From the NCBI RefSeq assembly GCF_016026235.1, contig NZ_CP065613.1: a stretch of 64,000 nucleotides of DNA; one strand, written 5' to 3'. A program made the position numbers and the translations under genes. Source of the stretch: Escherichia coli. GTDB lineage: Bacteria > Pseudomonadota > Gammaproteobacteria > Enterobacterales > Enterobacteriaceae. The notes below the pieces were generated by a model. It was not told where the DNA came from, made no database searches, and was given only the letters and a program-made list of their open reading frames with translations. This document shows, piece after piece, positions 10,804 through 23,743 of this stretch; within the stretch, counting starts at the first letter, position 1, and the number at the start of each line of letters is the position of its first letter.

Positions 10804-12024
10804 GGGAACTCCAGCTGTTACAACTTTTATTTACCATATTAATGTCAATATCGCGTGGATTGAGCAAAATACGCGATTTGCTCATCGGAAGACGTGTATC
10901 AAGACTTGAAAACGCTACCAGTGCTACACAGATACCTAAGGACAACAGGAAAAAAAACCATACCCAAAAGGTAGTGAATCGTTTGCTTTTAACTGGGGAT
11001 TGTTCAGGTGGCGTTGCGGTGTTTTGAATGTTAAGGCTGTGGGAGGGAGAATCTGTGGCAGGAACCGCCTCTGGTATAGGGGGAGGCGAAGATAGCATTA
11101 TTTCCTCTCCCTCTTCTTCGCTGTACCAGATAACCGGCACCATTAATTTATAGCCGCGCTTTGGTACAGTAGCGATATAGACAGGACTATCTTCATCATT
11201 ATCTTTTAATGAATTACGTAGTTCTGAGATACTCTGCGTCACAACGTGATTGGTGACAATACTTCTCTTCCAGACATTATCGATAAGTTCATCCCTGCTA
11301 AGTACTTCGCCACTGTGTTGAGCAAAGAAAACCAGAAGATCGATTAATCTCGGCTCAAGGGTAAGTTGACGCCCATTGCGGCTAATTTGGTTTATGGACG
11401 GAGTAACAAGCCATTCGCCAACGCGAACTACAGGTTGTTGCATAATAGAAACTCATTCGAAAAGGGAATGATGCAATGATAATTGCCACAACCTATTTTT
11501 ACCATCTATAGATGGGTTTATTTACATATTATTGGTGAATGCAAGACGTTATTTTTACCAGCCATAAACTTCTTGATTACATGGTATTACGAAAGGATTT
11601 TACTGAGAACCAGAAGTAATATTCCTTACCATCAAAATTCATCATCTTTGCCAAAGAAAAATGTTCAGAAAATAATCCATGGAAAATTGTCCGGAGCGCT
11701 TACTATTTTAATGGATTGTTAGTCTTTGCATGAGCAAGGGGACTGATACATTTCTCTTTGTTCTCATTCAGAAAATCTCATCAGTCGCCGTTCAGACCGG
11801 TGTTGTGCTTTATGGATGCGTTACGCTCCTGATGACGTCATTTGACGTTCAACAGCATCACGGGGTCGCACGACATTTCACGTCAGTTAGTGCTATAGCT
11901 CAGGAACAAATTTTCCCGAATTGGGATATGCCCGCAAATTGCTGGTGATGTGGGGAGAATCTGGTTGAGTTCGGTAGAATTGATTTGGCGGCAGAACGCT
12001 TAAATCGTGGCGTCCTGAAACGAA

Positions 12025-12050
12025 AAACGGACCTCCGTGGAGGTCCGTTT
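12025..12050 (-). terminator. pheU terminator
   Basis: Hairpin aaacggacctcc-acgg-aggtccgttt followed on minus strand by T-rich run, directly 3' of tRNA-Phe. Confidence 0.6.
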
Positions 12051-12059
12051 ATATGAATT

Positions 12060-12135
12060 TGGTGCCCGGACTCGGAATCGAACCAAGGACACGGGGATTT
12101 TCAATCCCCTGCTCTACCGACTGAGCTATCCGGGC
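12060..12135 (-). tRNA. pheU: tRNA-Phe (anticodon GAA)
   Basis: Reverse complement reads GCCCGGATAGCTCAGTCGGTAGAGCAGGGGATTGAAAATCCCCGTGTCCTTGGTTCGATTCCGAGTCCGGGCACCA, 76 nt with CCA. Confidence 0.95.
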
Positions 12136-12241
12136 AACGGGGCGCATTAAACCGTAATCTGCACATCTCGTCAACCTAATTTCAGTAAAAGCGATTCAAC
12201 TGCTTAAGATTGCGGCAAATCGCTTCTTTTCTGTGTTTCTG

Positions 12242-12817
12242 TCAGGTCAATGCGCCACCCTGGCGGCAGCGGGCGAAGCGCAGGATATCTTCCGCCAGCC
12301 GATGTGCAGTGTCGACATCCGCCTGGCTACGATTCACCAGCATCCGGCTCAGGCATCCTTCCAGCACCAGTTCCATCTGCTTTGCTACCATCGCCGGATC
12401 GTCAACTTCCAGCGTGGTTAACAGTTCGTGGGTGAAATCGTAGGCCGCGCTTTTTTGCTGATCGGCCAGTTGATGAATAGGGTGGCCAGGATCGGGATAA
12501 AACGTACAGGCAGCGATAAATAGACAGCCCGGATAGCGGTTGTTTTTAACGCACTCCGATAACGCCTGATAACGTGCCAGCAGCTTTTGTTCGGCGGTTT
12601 GCGTTTCGTCCAGCATCAGCTGACGACGCCAGACATCTATCTGTTGGCTAAGATAACGCAGCGCATCGTAGAGGATTGCCTCTTTGTCTGGCCAGAAGCG
12701 GCGCAGCTCGTCCAGTGGATAATCCACACGTTCAGCAACCATCTCCAGCGTGGTGTTGGCAATCCCTTGTAATTCTAATAATTTCAGGGCTTCTCCCAGT
12801 ACATCTTCACGTTGCAC
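12242..12817 (-). CDS. yjdC: TetR-family transcriptional regulator YjdC (191 aa)
   Basis: ORF 12242..12841; likely GTG start at 12817 preceded by ggagg; matches recalled YjdC. Confidence 0.8.
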
Positions 12818-12853
12818 GCTATTTTCCTCCGTCTTTCCCACTGCAAGTGTCGT

Positions 12854-14551
12854 TCACGGTTGGCGATCGCGCAAATGTGCGCTGAAGGTTTCAGCATCCA
12901 TAAAGCCCGTGACGCGTGCTTGTGGATGCTCCTGGCCTTGTCCGTCAAAAAAGAGAATTGTCGGTAGGCCAAGGACATTAAGATGCTTTAACAGCGCCAC
13001 ATCTTGTGCGTCGTTGGCCGTGACGTTGGCCTGAAGTAAGACCGTGTCTGCTAACGCTTTTTGCACCTGCGGGTCGCTGAAGGTGTATTTCTCAAACTCT
13101 TTACAGGCGACGCACCAGTCGGCATAAAGATCTAACATCACCGATTTGCCTTTGGCTTCAACGAGCGCCTGATTTAACTCATCTACCGTTTTGATTTGTG
13201 TAAAGTTGAGATGCGTCTGAGTTTGCGCGGTATGCGTCGCACCAAATGCCCAATCCTGAAGTGGGCGCACGCTAACCAATGCCGCTGCCAGCAGGATTAT
13301 TTGCATCACGCGCATCCAGCCGCGTTTGGCCTGTAGGCTGGTGATAAAGGCCCAGCCAAAGAATGCGACACCCAGCGCCGACCACAAGCGTAATCCCCAT
13401 ATATCACCAATCACTCGCTCCAGCAGGAAGACCGGCAGTGCGAGGATCACAAAACCAAACGCGGTTTTGACTTGTTCCATCCACGGGCCGCTTTTCGGCA
13501 GCAAGCGGTTACCAAAGACGGTAATTAGCATCAGCGGCAGGCCCATGCCCAACGCATAGAGATAAAGCGTGCCGCCGCCCAGCCACATGTTCCCGCTTTG
13601 GGCGATATACAGCAGAATCGCGCTAAGCGGTGCGGTGGTGCATGGTGAACAGATCAGTCCGGCAATCGCCCCCATAATAAACACTCCGCCGGGTGAGCCG
13701 CCCTGTTGGCGATTGCTCATCAGCGTGAGGCGCGTTTGCAGCGAGGAGGGGAGTTGTAGAGTAAACAAGCCAAACATTGACATCGCCAGCAAGGTAAAGA
13801 CGATGGCGAGGCCAATGAGCACGTATGGGTGCTGTAGCGCCGCCTGGAACTGTAACCCTGCGGCGGCAACTACCAGACCCAGCGCCGTGTAAGTCAGTGC
13901 CATCCCCTGCACATAAATAAAGGTCAGCAACAATGCTCTGGCAGTGGAGAGCCGCTGTTTACCACCCAGCACGATGCCAGAAATCAGTGGGTACATTGGC
14001 AGCACGCATGGCGTAAAGGCGATACCAATACCGATCAACAACGCCCAGAGCGCGGAAAAGGGCAATTGCGCGGTGGGCTGCTCTTGCTGCGGAACAGACA
14101 CAGGCTGTGGCGCTGCGTTGTTGGCGACCACTTCGCTTAACGGAACGGTTTTGGTTTCTGGCGGATAACAGAAACCGGCATCAGCACAGCCCTGGTAGGT
14201 GACAGTTAACGTCGCTCCCGCACTCGCCTGGTTGATGGTTACGGGAAGCGTCAGCCGATCGCGGTAAATCTCGCTTTTGCCGTAAAACTCATCTTCATGC
14301 CAGACGCCTTGCGGAAGCTGCACGTCGGCAATTTTCGCGTGTTCCGGCGTAATGCGGATCTGTTTACGGTAGAGGTAGTAACCGTCTTTGATCTGCCAGG
14401 TCAGATTAAGGTCATGTTGGTTTTGCTGAAAATCAAAAGTAAAGGCTTGATCCGCGGGGACAAATTGTGAACGTCCCGGCGCGTCGAATAATCCGGCAAA
14501 AACGGAAGTGCTGCAAAGTAGCAGGATCAGCGTAAAGATGCGTTGAGCCAT
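12854..14551 (-). CDS. dsbD: Thiol:disulfide interchange protein DsbD (565 aa)
   Basis: ORF 12854..14632 trimmed to [19 protein letters not shown] signal peptide; C-terminal thioredoxin-like CVAC motif. Confidence 0.95.
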
Positions 14552-14865
14552 GAGAGGTAATCTGTGTCTCCGTGTGTAACAGGTAAAACCAGAAGTTCCG
14601 GGGTTTGATATGGATGATGAGACTTCAGGCATTCCAGCAGTGCCTGCTGGTGAGATACGGTAGTTTTTAAAATCATCTGCACTTCGTATTCTTGCTCCAG
14701 CTTACCTTCCCAGTAATAGAGAGAGGTAGCGCCGGGGATCAAGGTCGCGCAGGCCGCCAGTTTTTCCGCCAGCACTTTGGCAGCTAAATCCTGGGCTGTC
14801 GCTTCATCTGGTGCCGTACATAGCACCACGACAGACGCGGTATTCGAACTTTTTTCATCAAGCAT
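14527..14865 (-). CDS. cutA: Divalent-cation tolerance protein CutA (112 aa)
   Basis: ORF trimmed to [21 protein letters not shown]...; overlaps dsbD start by 25 nt. Confidence 0.9.
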
Positions 14866-14980
14866 AAACACCTCGCAAGAACAGATGGAACCGCAAGAGA
14901 GAGGTCACTATACAACGTACGGGGGAAGGATGTTAGTCGGCGGGAAAGAAAGCGGGGCGTGAACGCCCCGCGATTGATCA

Positions 14981-16282
14981 TTACAGCATGAAGCTACCCA
15001 GCACGAAGCCGAAGCAAACGGCCAGGGCAACACCCAGAGTACCCGGGATGAAGAACGGATGGTTGAAGACGAATTTACCGATACGGGTAGTACCCGTGTC
15101 ATCCATCTGTACCGCAGCAACCAGCGTCGGGTAGGTCGGCAGAATGAACAGACCAGACACCGCAGCGAAAGAAGCAACAGCGGTCAGCGGAGAAACGTTC
15201 AGTGCCAGAGCCATCGGCATCAGTGCTTTTGCGGTTGCAGCCTGAGAGTACAGCAGAGCAGAAGCAAAGAAGAAGATGACGGCCAGCAGCCACGGATGAC
15301 CCTGAATCACTTCACCAGCGGTATCTTTGATCCAGTCGATGTTGTTGGAAACGAAAGTATCGCCCAGCCACGCAACACCCAGGATACAAATACAGGCGCT
15401 CATACCTGCTTTGAAGGTGCTGGAGTTGAGGATGTTGTCGGTATCAACTTTACAGATAACAGTGGTCAGAGTTGCAACGCTGAGCATGATGATCAGGATT
15501 GCGTTGGTGGTGTTCATCAGCGGTTTTTCAACCAGACCCATGCTTGGGCTGTTGATGATTGCATAGATAACCACGCCAACTACGCCCAGCAGGAACAGCC
15601 AGACGGACGTTTTTGCACCGGATTTGATTTCAATCTGCTTTTCACCGCGCAGTTCAACCAGGCCCTCTTCCAGACGCTTGCGATAAATCGGATCGTCAGA
15701 GAGTTTGGAGTTGAACAGCATAGTGACCAGGAAGGACATCACCAGAACCGCCAGCAGGGTGGACGGGATGACCACGGAGAGCAGATGGAGGTAGCTGATG
15801 CCATGACCTTCCATCACGGAAGACATGTAAACCACTGCCGCTGAGATTGGCGATGCGGTGATCGCAATCTGCGCGGATACCACTGCAGTAGACAGCGGAC
15901 GGGAAGGTTTAACGCCTTGTTCCTTCGCAACTTCAGCGATAACTGGCAGTGTCGCCAGAGAGATGTTGCCAGTACCAGCAAAGATAGTCAGGAAATAGGT
16001 CACGATCGGTGCGAGGATCGTGATGTATTTCGGGTTACGGCGCAGCAGCTTTTCTGTCTGATGAACCAGATAGTCCAGACCGCCAGCAACCTGCATGGCA
16101 GAAATAGCGGCGATAACCGCCATGATAATGGAAATGACATCGAACGGGATGTTACCGGGTTTAACGCCAATAGCGGCAAGAACCAGCACCCCCAATCCGC
16201 CTGCAAAACCAATACCTATTCCCCCCAATCTGGCGCCCAAGAAGATCGCCAGCAAAACTATGATGAGTTCTACAACTAGCAT
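14981..16282 (-). CDS. dcuA: Anaerobic C4-dicarboxylate transporter DcuA (433 aa)
   Basis: 433-aa polytopic membrane ORF downstream of aspA on same strand. Confidence 0.95.
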   Translation of the reverse strand: MLVVELIIVLLAIFLGARLGGIGIGFAGGLGVLVLAAIGVKPGNIPFDVISIIMAVIAAISAMQVAGGLDYLVHQTEKLLRRNPKYITILAPIVTYFLTIFAGTGNISLATLPVIAEVAKEQGVKPSRPLSTAVVSAQIAITASPISAAVVYMSSVMEGHGISYLHLLSVVIPSTLLAVLVMSFLVTMLFNSKLSDDPIYRKRLEEGLVELRGEKQIEIKSGAKTSVWLFLLGVVGVVIYAIINSPSMGLVEKPLMNTTNAILIIMLSVATLTTVICKVDTDNILNSSTFKAGMSACICILGVAWLGDTFVSNNIDWIKDTAGEVIQGHPWLLAVIFFFASALLYSQAATAKALMPMALALNVSPLTAVASFAAVSGLFILPTYPTLVAAVQMDDTGTTRIGKFVFNHPFFIPGTLGVALAVCFGFVLGSFML

Positions 16283-16344
16283 ATTAGCCTTCCTTGTTTT
16301 TTAACAAGTTGATATTAGATTGTTATTTTTAAGTTACTGCTCAC

Positions 16345-16382
16345 AAGAAAAAAGGCACGTCATCTGACGTGCCTTTTTTATT
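16345..16382. terminator. Hairpin between aspA and dcuA
   Basis: aggcacgtca-tc-tgacgtgcct perfect 10-bp stem with A-run upstream and T-run downstream. Confidence 0.6.
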
Positions 16383-16399
16383 TGTACTACCCTGTACGA

Positions 16400-17836
16400 T
16401 TACTGTTCGCTTTCATCAGTATAGCGTTTTGCTTTGTAAGCCGGGTGCATCAGATTCTGTACGGAGAAAATATCGTCAAGTTCCGCTTCAGTCAACAGAC
16501 CGCGTTCCAGAACGACTTCACGTACACTCTTACCGGTTTCGGCACAGATTTTACCCACGATGTCACCGTTGTGGTGACCGATGAACGGGTTCAGGTAAGT
16601 AACGATACCGATAGAGTTGTAAACGTAACCTTCGCACACTTCTTTGTTAGCAGTGATGCCGTTAATGCATTTTTCCAGCAGGTTGTAGCAAGCGTTGGTC
16701 AGAATGTGAACGGATTCGAACATAGCCTGGCCAATGACCGGCTCCATAACGTTCAACTGCAGTTGACCTGCTTCTGCTGCCATGGTAACAGTGGTGTCGT
16801 TACCGATGACTTTGAAGCATACCTGGTTAACCACTTCCGGAACAACCGGGTTTACTTTAGCTGGCATGATGGAAGAGCCCGCCTGCAGTTCCGGCAGGTT
16901 GATCTCGTTCAGGCCGGCACGTGGACCAGAAGAGAGCAAGCGCAGGTCGTTACAGATTTTGGACATCTTCACAGCCAGGCGTTTCAGCGCGCCGTGAACC
17001 ATAACATAAGCGCCGCAGTCAGAGGTCGCTTCGATCAGGTCTTCAGCCGGTACGCATGGGAAGCCAGTAACTTCAGCCAGTTTTTTCACTGCCAGCGGAG
17101 AGTACTCTTTCGGCGTGTTCAGACCAGTACCGATTGCTGTTGCGCCAAGGTTAACTTCCAGCAGCAGTTCAGCGGTACGTTGGATGTTTTTCACTTCTTC
17201 TTTCAGCAGGATGCTGAAAGCGCGGAATTCCTGACCGAGGGTCATCGGTACTGCGTCCTGCAGCTGGGTACGCCCCATTTTCAGGATGTCCTGGAATTCG
17301 ACAGCTTTACGTTCAAAGCCTTCACGCAGTTGGTTAATCGCATCTACCAGCTTAATCAGGGAAGAGTAAACTGCGATACGGAAACCGGTCGGGTAGGCGT
17401 CGTTAGTGGACTGACATTTGTTAACATGGTCGTTCGGGTTCAGGTACTGATATTCACCTTTCTGGTGACCCATCAGTTCCAGACCGATATTGGCCAGCAC
17501 TTCGTTGGTGTTCATGTTTACGGAAGTACCTGCGCCGCCCTGGTAGACGTCTACCGGGAACTGATCCATGCATTTTCCGTTGTTCAGGACTTCATCACAT
17601 GCGGCAATGATGGCATTCGCTACACTTTTAGGAATGGTTTGCAGCTCTTTGTTTGCCATAGCTGCGGCTTTTTTAACCATTACCATACCGCGAACAAATT
17701 CAGGAATATCACTGATTTTGTTGTTGCTGATATAGAAGTTTTCAATCGCTCTCAGAGTGTGAACACCATAGTAGGCATCAGCTGGAACTTCCCTGGTACC
17801 CAACAGATCTTCTTCGATACGAATGTTGTTTGACAT
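16400..17836 (-). CDS. aspA: Aspartate ammonia-lyase AspA (478 aa)
   Basis: ORF 16400..17881 trimmed to [26 protein letters not shown]...; fumarase/aspartase family. Confidence 0.96.
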
Positions 17837-18023
17837 GTGAACCTTCTTTTTCAAGCTGCCAATGATTTGCTTTAAACACACAGAATATATGTGGTTTCGA
17901 ATGTTTTTCGACCGACGATTATCCCCTGCATCGACCGAATACCCGAGATCATATGCTGCTTGAGGATTTCTACCGTAATCTGGATCACTTTAAGTGTCGG
18001 TTTTTACCCCTTAATTATTAATT

Positions 18024-18039
18024 TGTGAAATAGATCACC
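18024..18039. promoter_or_regulatory. Candidate CRP binding site in aspA-fxsA divergent intergenic region
   Basis: tgtgaaatagatcacc fits TGTGA-N6-TCACA with one mismatch. Confidence 0.45.
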
Positions 18040-18172
18040 GCTTTGGGATTACTACCAAAAATAGTTGCGCAAACATCTTGAAATTTTGCTAATGACCACA
18101 ATATAAGCTGAACGCGATTCGCAACCCATTCAGGTAGCCGGGTTTTACCGGCTGCTATTACAGGAGAAACCT

Positions 18173-18649
18173 TTGCGCTGGTTACCTTTTATTGCCATTT
18201 TCCTTTATGTCTATATTGAGATTTCAATCTTTATTCAGGTTGCCCATGTATTGGGGGTATTGCTGACCCTCGTGCTGGTTATATTCACGTCAGTTATCGG
18301 TATGTCACTGGTACGTAACCAGGGCTTTAAGAATTTCGTGCTGATGCAGCAAAAAATGGCGGCGGGTGAAAACCCAGCGGCGGAGATGATTAAAAGTGTT
18401 TCGCTGATCATTGCCGGTTTGCTGCTTTTATTACCGGGCTTTTTCACCGACTTCCTCGGTCTTCTGCTTTTATTGCCGCCGGTGCAAAAGCATCTGACAG
18501 TGAAGTTGATGCCGCATTTGCGCTTTTCTCGTATGCCAGGCGGCGGTTTTAGCGCCGGGACCGGTGGCGGTAATACTTTTGATGGTGAGTACCAGCGAAA
18601 GGATGATGACCGCGACCGCCTTGATCATAAAGACGATCGCCAGGATTAA
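18173..18649 (+). CDS. fxsA: FxsA (suppressor of F exclusion of phage T7), 158 aa
   Basis: 158-aa ORF; TTG start at 18173 preceded by caggag; matches recalled FxsA. Confidence 0.9.
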   Translation: MRWLPFIAIFLYVYIEISIFIQVAHVLGVLLTLVLVIFTSVIGMSLVRNQGFKNFVLMQQKMAAGENPAAEMIKSVSLIIAGLLLLLPGFFTDFLGLLLLLPPVQKHLTVKLMPHLRFSRMPGGGFSAGTGGGNTFDGEYQRKDDDRDRLDHKDDRQD

Positions 18650-18664
18650 TGTCGAAACGCCGGA

Positions 18665-19921
18665 TTATGTGGTTATGCCATTTTCCGGCGTTTTTCGTTT
18701 TGGCAAAAACAGCCATAACCCCGCCAGCATGAGCAGCGCATAGAGACTTTTCCAGCCGACCATTGCCAGTAACAGAACGCATAACAGCCCGCCAACGACC
18801 GCCAGTAGTCGATAACGTCCTTGCAATAATTTACAGCCTGCCAGCATGCATAACAGATAAATCATAATAAAGATGCCATTGGCATAAATAATAAGAGCGT
18901 CCAGATTGATCTCTAAAGCATGAATCACCAGCGTGCTCACCACGCAGCAGCCGAGCACCGCATTGAGGGCATTATTCGGGATATGGCGAGAAGAGAGGCG
19001 CGCGAGGTAGTGGTCAGGATTATGTTGCGCCTGCGACCAGACCAGACGGGCGAAGCTCTGTATATAAATGTTGAGACTGGCAAAGCAGGCCAGATAGCCA
19101 ATCACGCAGGCAATCCATAACGCTCCTACTCCGAACAGTTGCACTACAATTTTTGGAAGCGATGCTGCCGCCGCCATTTGTTCACCATAGGCGTCGAAGT
19201 GTAAGACGACTACCGTACAGCCCCAGTAGACTAATCCTGCCAGCAGCAGACCAATCATCAAAGCACGAGGAAAATCACGTTCTGGATTTTTAAATTCCGA
19301 GGCAAGATGGGCAAATGCTTCAAGACCGACAAAACACCAGAACATCACTGATAACGCAGCAAATAACCCGGTAAGTTCGATATTTATTGGCGCGGGGAAG
19401 GGGATACTCGCAGGTTTGATATCGCCCGCCCACCAGATAGCGACAATCAGTGCGACGATAAGTCCGGCAATAACGGTTTGTAGATTTGCACTGGAACTGG
19501 CACCGCGAGTACCGATATACCACACCAACGCCAGCGTACCGAGTTCTGCCAACAACAGTTGCCAGCTATGCCAGCCAAACATCGCCTGGCCGAACCCGGC
19601 AGCAATTTGTAGTGCGGCGGGTAAACCCACAGGAATGACTGATAAAAACAGCCAGCCGGTGACTCGCTCAAGCCGCGAACCAAACGCCATACCTACGAAG
19701 TGCGCGACGCCGCCTGCGCTGGGATAGTGGCGACCCAGAATCGCAAACACAATCGCAATCGGGAACACTAAGATAATCAAAACGGGCCACGCCCACAGGC
19801 TGTTATTGCCCGCTACCAGTGCAGCTAACGCAGGAACGGCAAACACGCCAGTGCCTAATAATGACGTCGATAGCAGGCCAACGCCCTGGGCCAGCCCCAG
19901 TTCTTGTTTGAGTCCACTCAT
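18665..19921 (-). CDS. yjeH: APC-family amino acid exporter YjeH (418 aa)
   Basis: ORF 18665..19981 trimmed to MSGLKQELGLAQGVGLL... Confidence 0.9.
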   Translation of the reverse strand: MSGLKQELGLAQGVGLLSTSLLGTGVFAVPALAALVAGNNSLWAWPVLIILVFPIAIVFAILGRHYPSAGGVAHFVGMAFGSRLERVTGWLFLSVIPVGLPAALQIAAGFGQAMFGWHSWQLLLAELGTLALVWYIGTRGASSSANLQTVIAGLIVALIVAIWWAGDIKPASIPFPAPINIELTGLFAALSVMFWCFVGLEAFAHLASEFKNPERDFPRALMIGLLLAGLVYWGCTVVVLHFDAYGEQMAAAASLPKIVVQLFGVGALWIACVIGYLACFASLNIYIQSFARLVWSQAQHNPDHYLARLSSRHIPNNALNAVLGCCVVSTLVIHALEINLDALIIYANGIFIMIYLLCMLAGCKLLQGRYRLLAVVGGLLCVLLLAMVGWKSLYALLMLAGLWLFLPKRKTPENGITT

Positions 19922-20083
19922 GGGTTGATGTCCGATTGCGCCCAAATTTTGGGCAACTGCGTAGATTTTCGATGGTAGCACAATCAGATTCGCTTATGAC
20001 GGCGATGAAGAAATTGCGATGAAATGTGAGGTGAATCAGGGTTTTCACCCGATTTTGTGCTGATCAGAATTTTTTTTCTTTTT

Positions 20084-20116
20084 CCCCCTTGAAGGGGCGA
20101 AGCCTCATCCCCATTT
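20084..20116 (+). promoter_or_regulatory. groE sigma-32 heat-shock promoter
   Basis: cccccttgaa (-35-like, 20084-20093) then 14 bp then ccccatttc (-10-like, 20108-20116), about 80 bp upstream of groES. Confidence 0.75.
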
Positions 20117-20145
20117 CTCTGGTCACCAGCCGGGAAACCACGTAA

Positions 20146-20490
<345 letters not shown>

Positions 20491-20521
20491 TCCTCGCACG
20501 ACACTGAACATACGAATTTAA

Positions 20522-22180
<1,659 letters not shown>

Positions 22181-22206
22181 TTGCCCTGCACCTCGCAGAA
22201 ATAAAC

Positions 22207-22244
22207 AAACCCCCGGGCAGAAATGTCTGGGGGTTTTTCTTTTG
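22207..22244 (+). terminator. groESL rho-independent terminator
   Basis: aaaccccc-gggcagaaatgtctg-ggggttttt hairpin plus T-run, 27 bp after groEL stop. Confidence 0.75.
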
Positions 22245-22317
22245 GTCATCTTTCTAGTATAAGATTCAGACACGGACGACGCGAGTGGCGTCCAGCTCAT
22301 TGATTATGGGGAATAAC

Positions 22318-22671
22318 ATGCACGTAAAATACTTAGCAGGGATTGTCGGTGCCGCGCTACTGATGGCGGGTTGTAGCTCCAGCAACGAATTGAGTGCTGC
22401 CGGTCAGAGTGTACGCATTGTGGACGAGCAGCCAGGCGCAGAGTGCCAGCTGATTGGTACTGCGACAGGTAAGCAAAGCAACTGGCTTTCCGGGCAACAC
22501 GGAGAAGAGGGCGGTTCTATGCGCGGCGCAGCAAACGATCTGCGCAACCAGGCGGCTGCAATGGGCGGTAACGTGATTTATGGCATCAGTAGCCCGTCGC
22601 AGGGAATGTTGTCCAGTTTTGTCCCGACGGATAGCCAGATTATCGGTCAGGTTTATAAGTGCCCGAACTGA
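22318..22671 (+). CDS. yjeI: Putative lipoprotein YjeI (117 aa)
   Basis: ORF trimmed to MHVKYLAGIVGAALLMAGCSS (lipobox LMAGC). Confidence 0.85.
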   Translation: MHVKYLAGIVGAALLMAGCSSSNELSAAGQSVRIVDEQPGAECQLIGTATGKQSNWLSGQHGEEGGSMRGAANDLRNQAAAMGGNVIYGISSPSQGMLSSFVPTDSQIIGQVYKCPN

Positions 22672-22705
22672 TGTGATCCAGAGGCTGGGTGACAAACGTA
22701 TAATT

Positions 22706-22804
<99 letters not shown>

Positions 22805-22873
22805 ATGACCAACGATCACGTTATCAGTCATTTCAGGCTGGATGGCTCCAGCCTCGCATTAGCAAAGATAAGA

Positions 22874-23743
22874 TTATTTCGCCTGTGGTGCAGTTTTGCT
22901 GGTGGATTGAACACGTAAGTGATGCAGCGCGCGTAAGCATTGATCCTGGGTTAGCGGTTGGGCGTTATTTGCCGCTACGGTGCGAACATAGACCTGACAT
23001 GGCACACCCGCGAGTTTTTTCAGTCGTGGGCTGAAATCAAGCATTCGGCGAGTGATCGCCTCTACTTCTTTACCCGGCGTTGCTTCACGCGTTTTCACCA
23101 CTGCGCCGCTAAATTGTTCTTTGCCACTTTCATCTTTAAAGCGGTAAAGCACCGCCAGATAATGGTCGAACAAGTTATGTTTCCATTCCGGTTGGGAATA
23201 GGTGTCATATTCCAGATTGCCATTTTCCTGGCAGTCAACGTCATATAACGGCAGGAAATCTAACAGTGAGGTAATACGTAATGCCAGTTCACGCATTTCC
23301 GCATTATTAATTGCATGAATGATTGCTCGCGCCAGCATTTCAATCTGCAACTCATTGACGACTAACTCACATTTGCTACCGTCATGTAGCGTTAATACGA
23401 AGGTAAGATTTTCGCCTTGATTATCGGTAAGTTCCAGCGTGTTAACCCGACGATTAATATCGGCATTTTTAAGCTCATCAACCAGAATTTCTGGGATATT
23501 TTCTGCCATTTTCTTAATGACTTTATCGCGAGCTTGCTCATACTGAAGGCGTGTAGCAGCATCCAGTTTATGCTTTTGATGCAGACGACTTTCCAGCGCA
23601 ATCAGCAGGTCGCGCAGTTCCATGACAGACATAAAGAACAACGATTCTTTATTGCGAGGTTCTTTAATTTTCAGCGCCAGTGCAATGAAATTATTACTCT
23701 TGCGAATAACACCGGTATTAACACCCTTGATGCTTATGGCCAT
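22874..23743 (-). CDS. yjeJ: Uncharacterised protein YjeJ (289 aa)
   Basis: 289-aa ORF matching recalled YjeJ; no recognisable catalytic motif. Confidence 0.85.
   Translation of the reverse strand: MAISIKGVNTGVIRKSNNFIALALKIKEPRNKESLFFMSVMELRDLLIALESRLHQKHKLDAATRLQYEQARDKVIKKMAENIPEILVDELKNADINRRVNTLELTDNQGENLTFVLTLHDGSKCELVVNELQIEMLARAIIHAINNAEMRELALRITSLLDFLPLYDVDCQENGNLEYDTYSQPEWKHNLFDHYLAVLYRFKDESGKEQFSGAVVKTREATPGKEVEAITRRMLDFSPRLKKLAGVPCQVYVRTVAANNAQPLTQDQCLRALHHLRVQSTSKTAPQAK

Larger units (their letters stand above)
8602..11443 (-). pseudogene. cadC: cadC (ToxR-like pH/lysine sensor-regulator) interrupted by an IS element
   Basis: N-terminal 214 codons (11443..10804) and C-terminal 302 codons (9510..8602) each match recalled CadC; separated by 1,293 bp of IS sequence. 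Confidence 0.9.

Noticed and set aside
11483..11948. Two small plus-strand ORFs (79 and 72 aa) between cadC and pheU
   Set aside because: No ribosome-binding sites, AT-rich with unusual composition, no recognisable similarity; most likely chance frames in the cadC promoter and pheU flank.
16382..17833. 483-aa plus-strand ORF covering aspA
   Set aside because: Mirror-frame ORF antisense to aspA; the aspartase frame is the conserved one.
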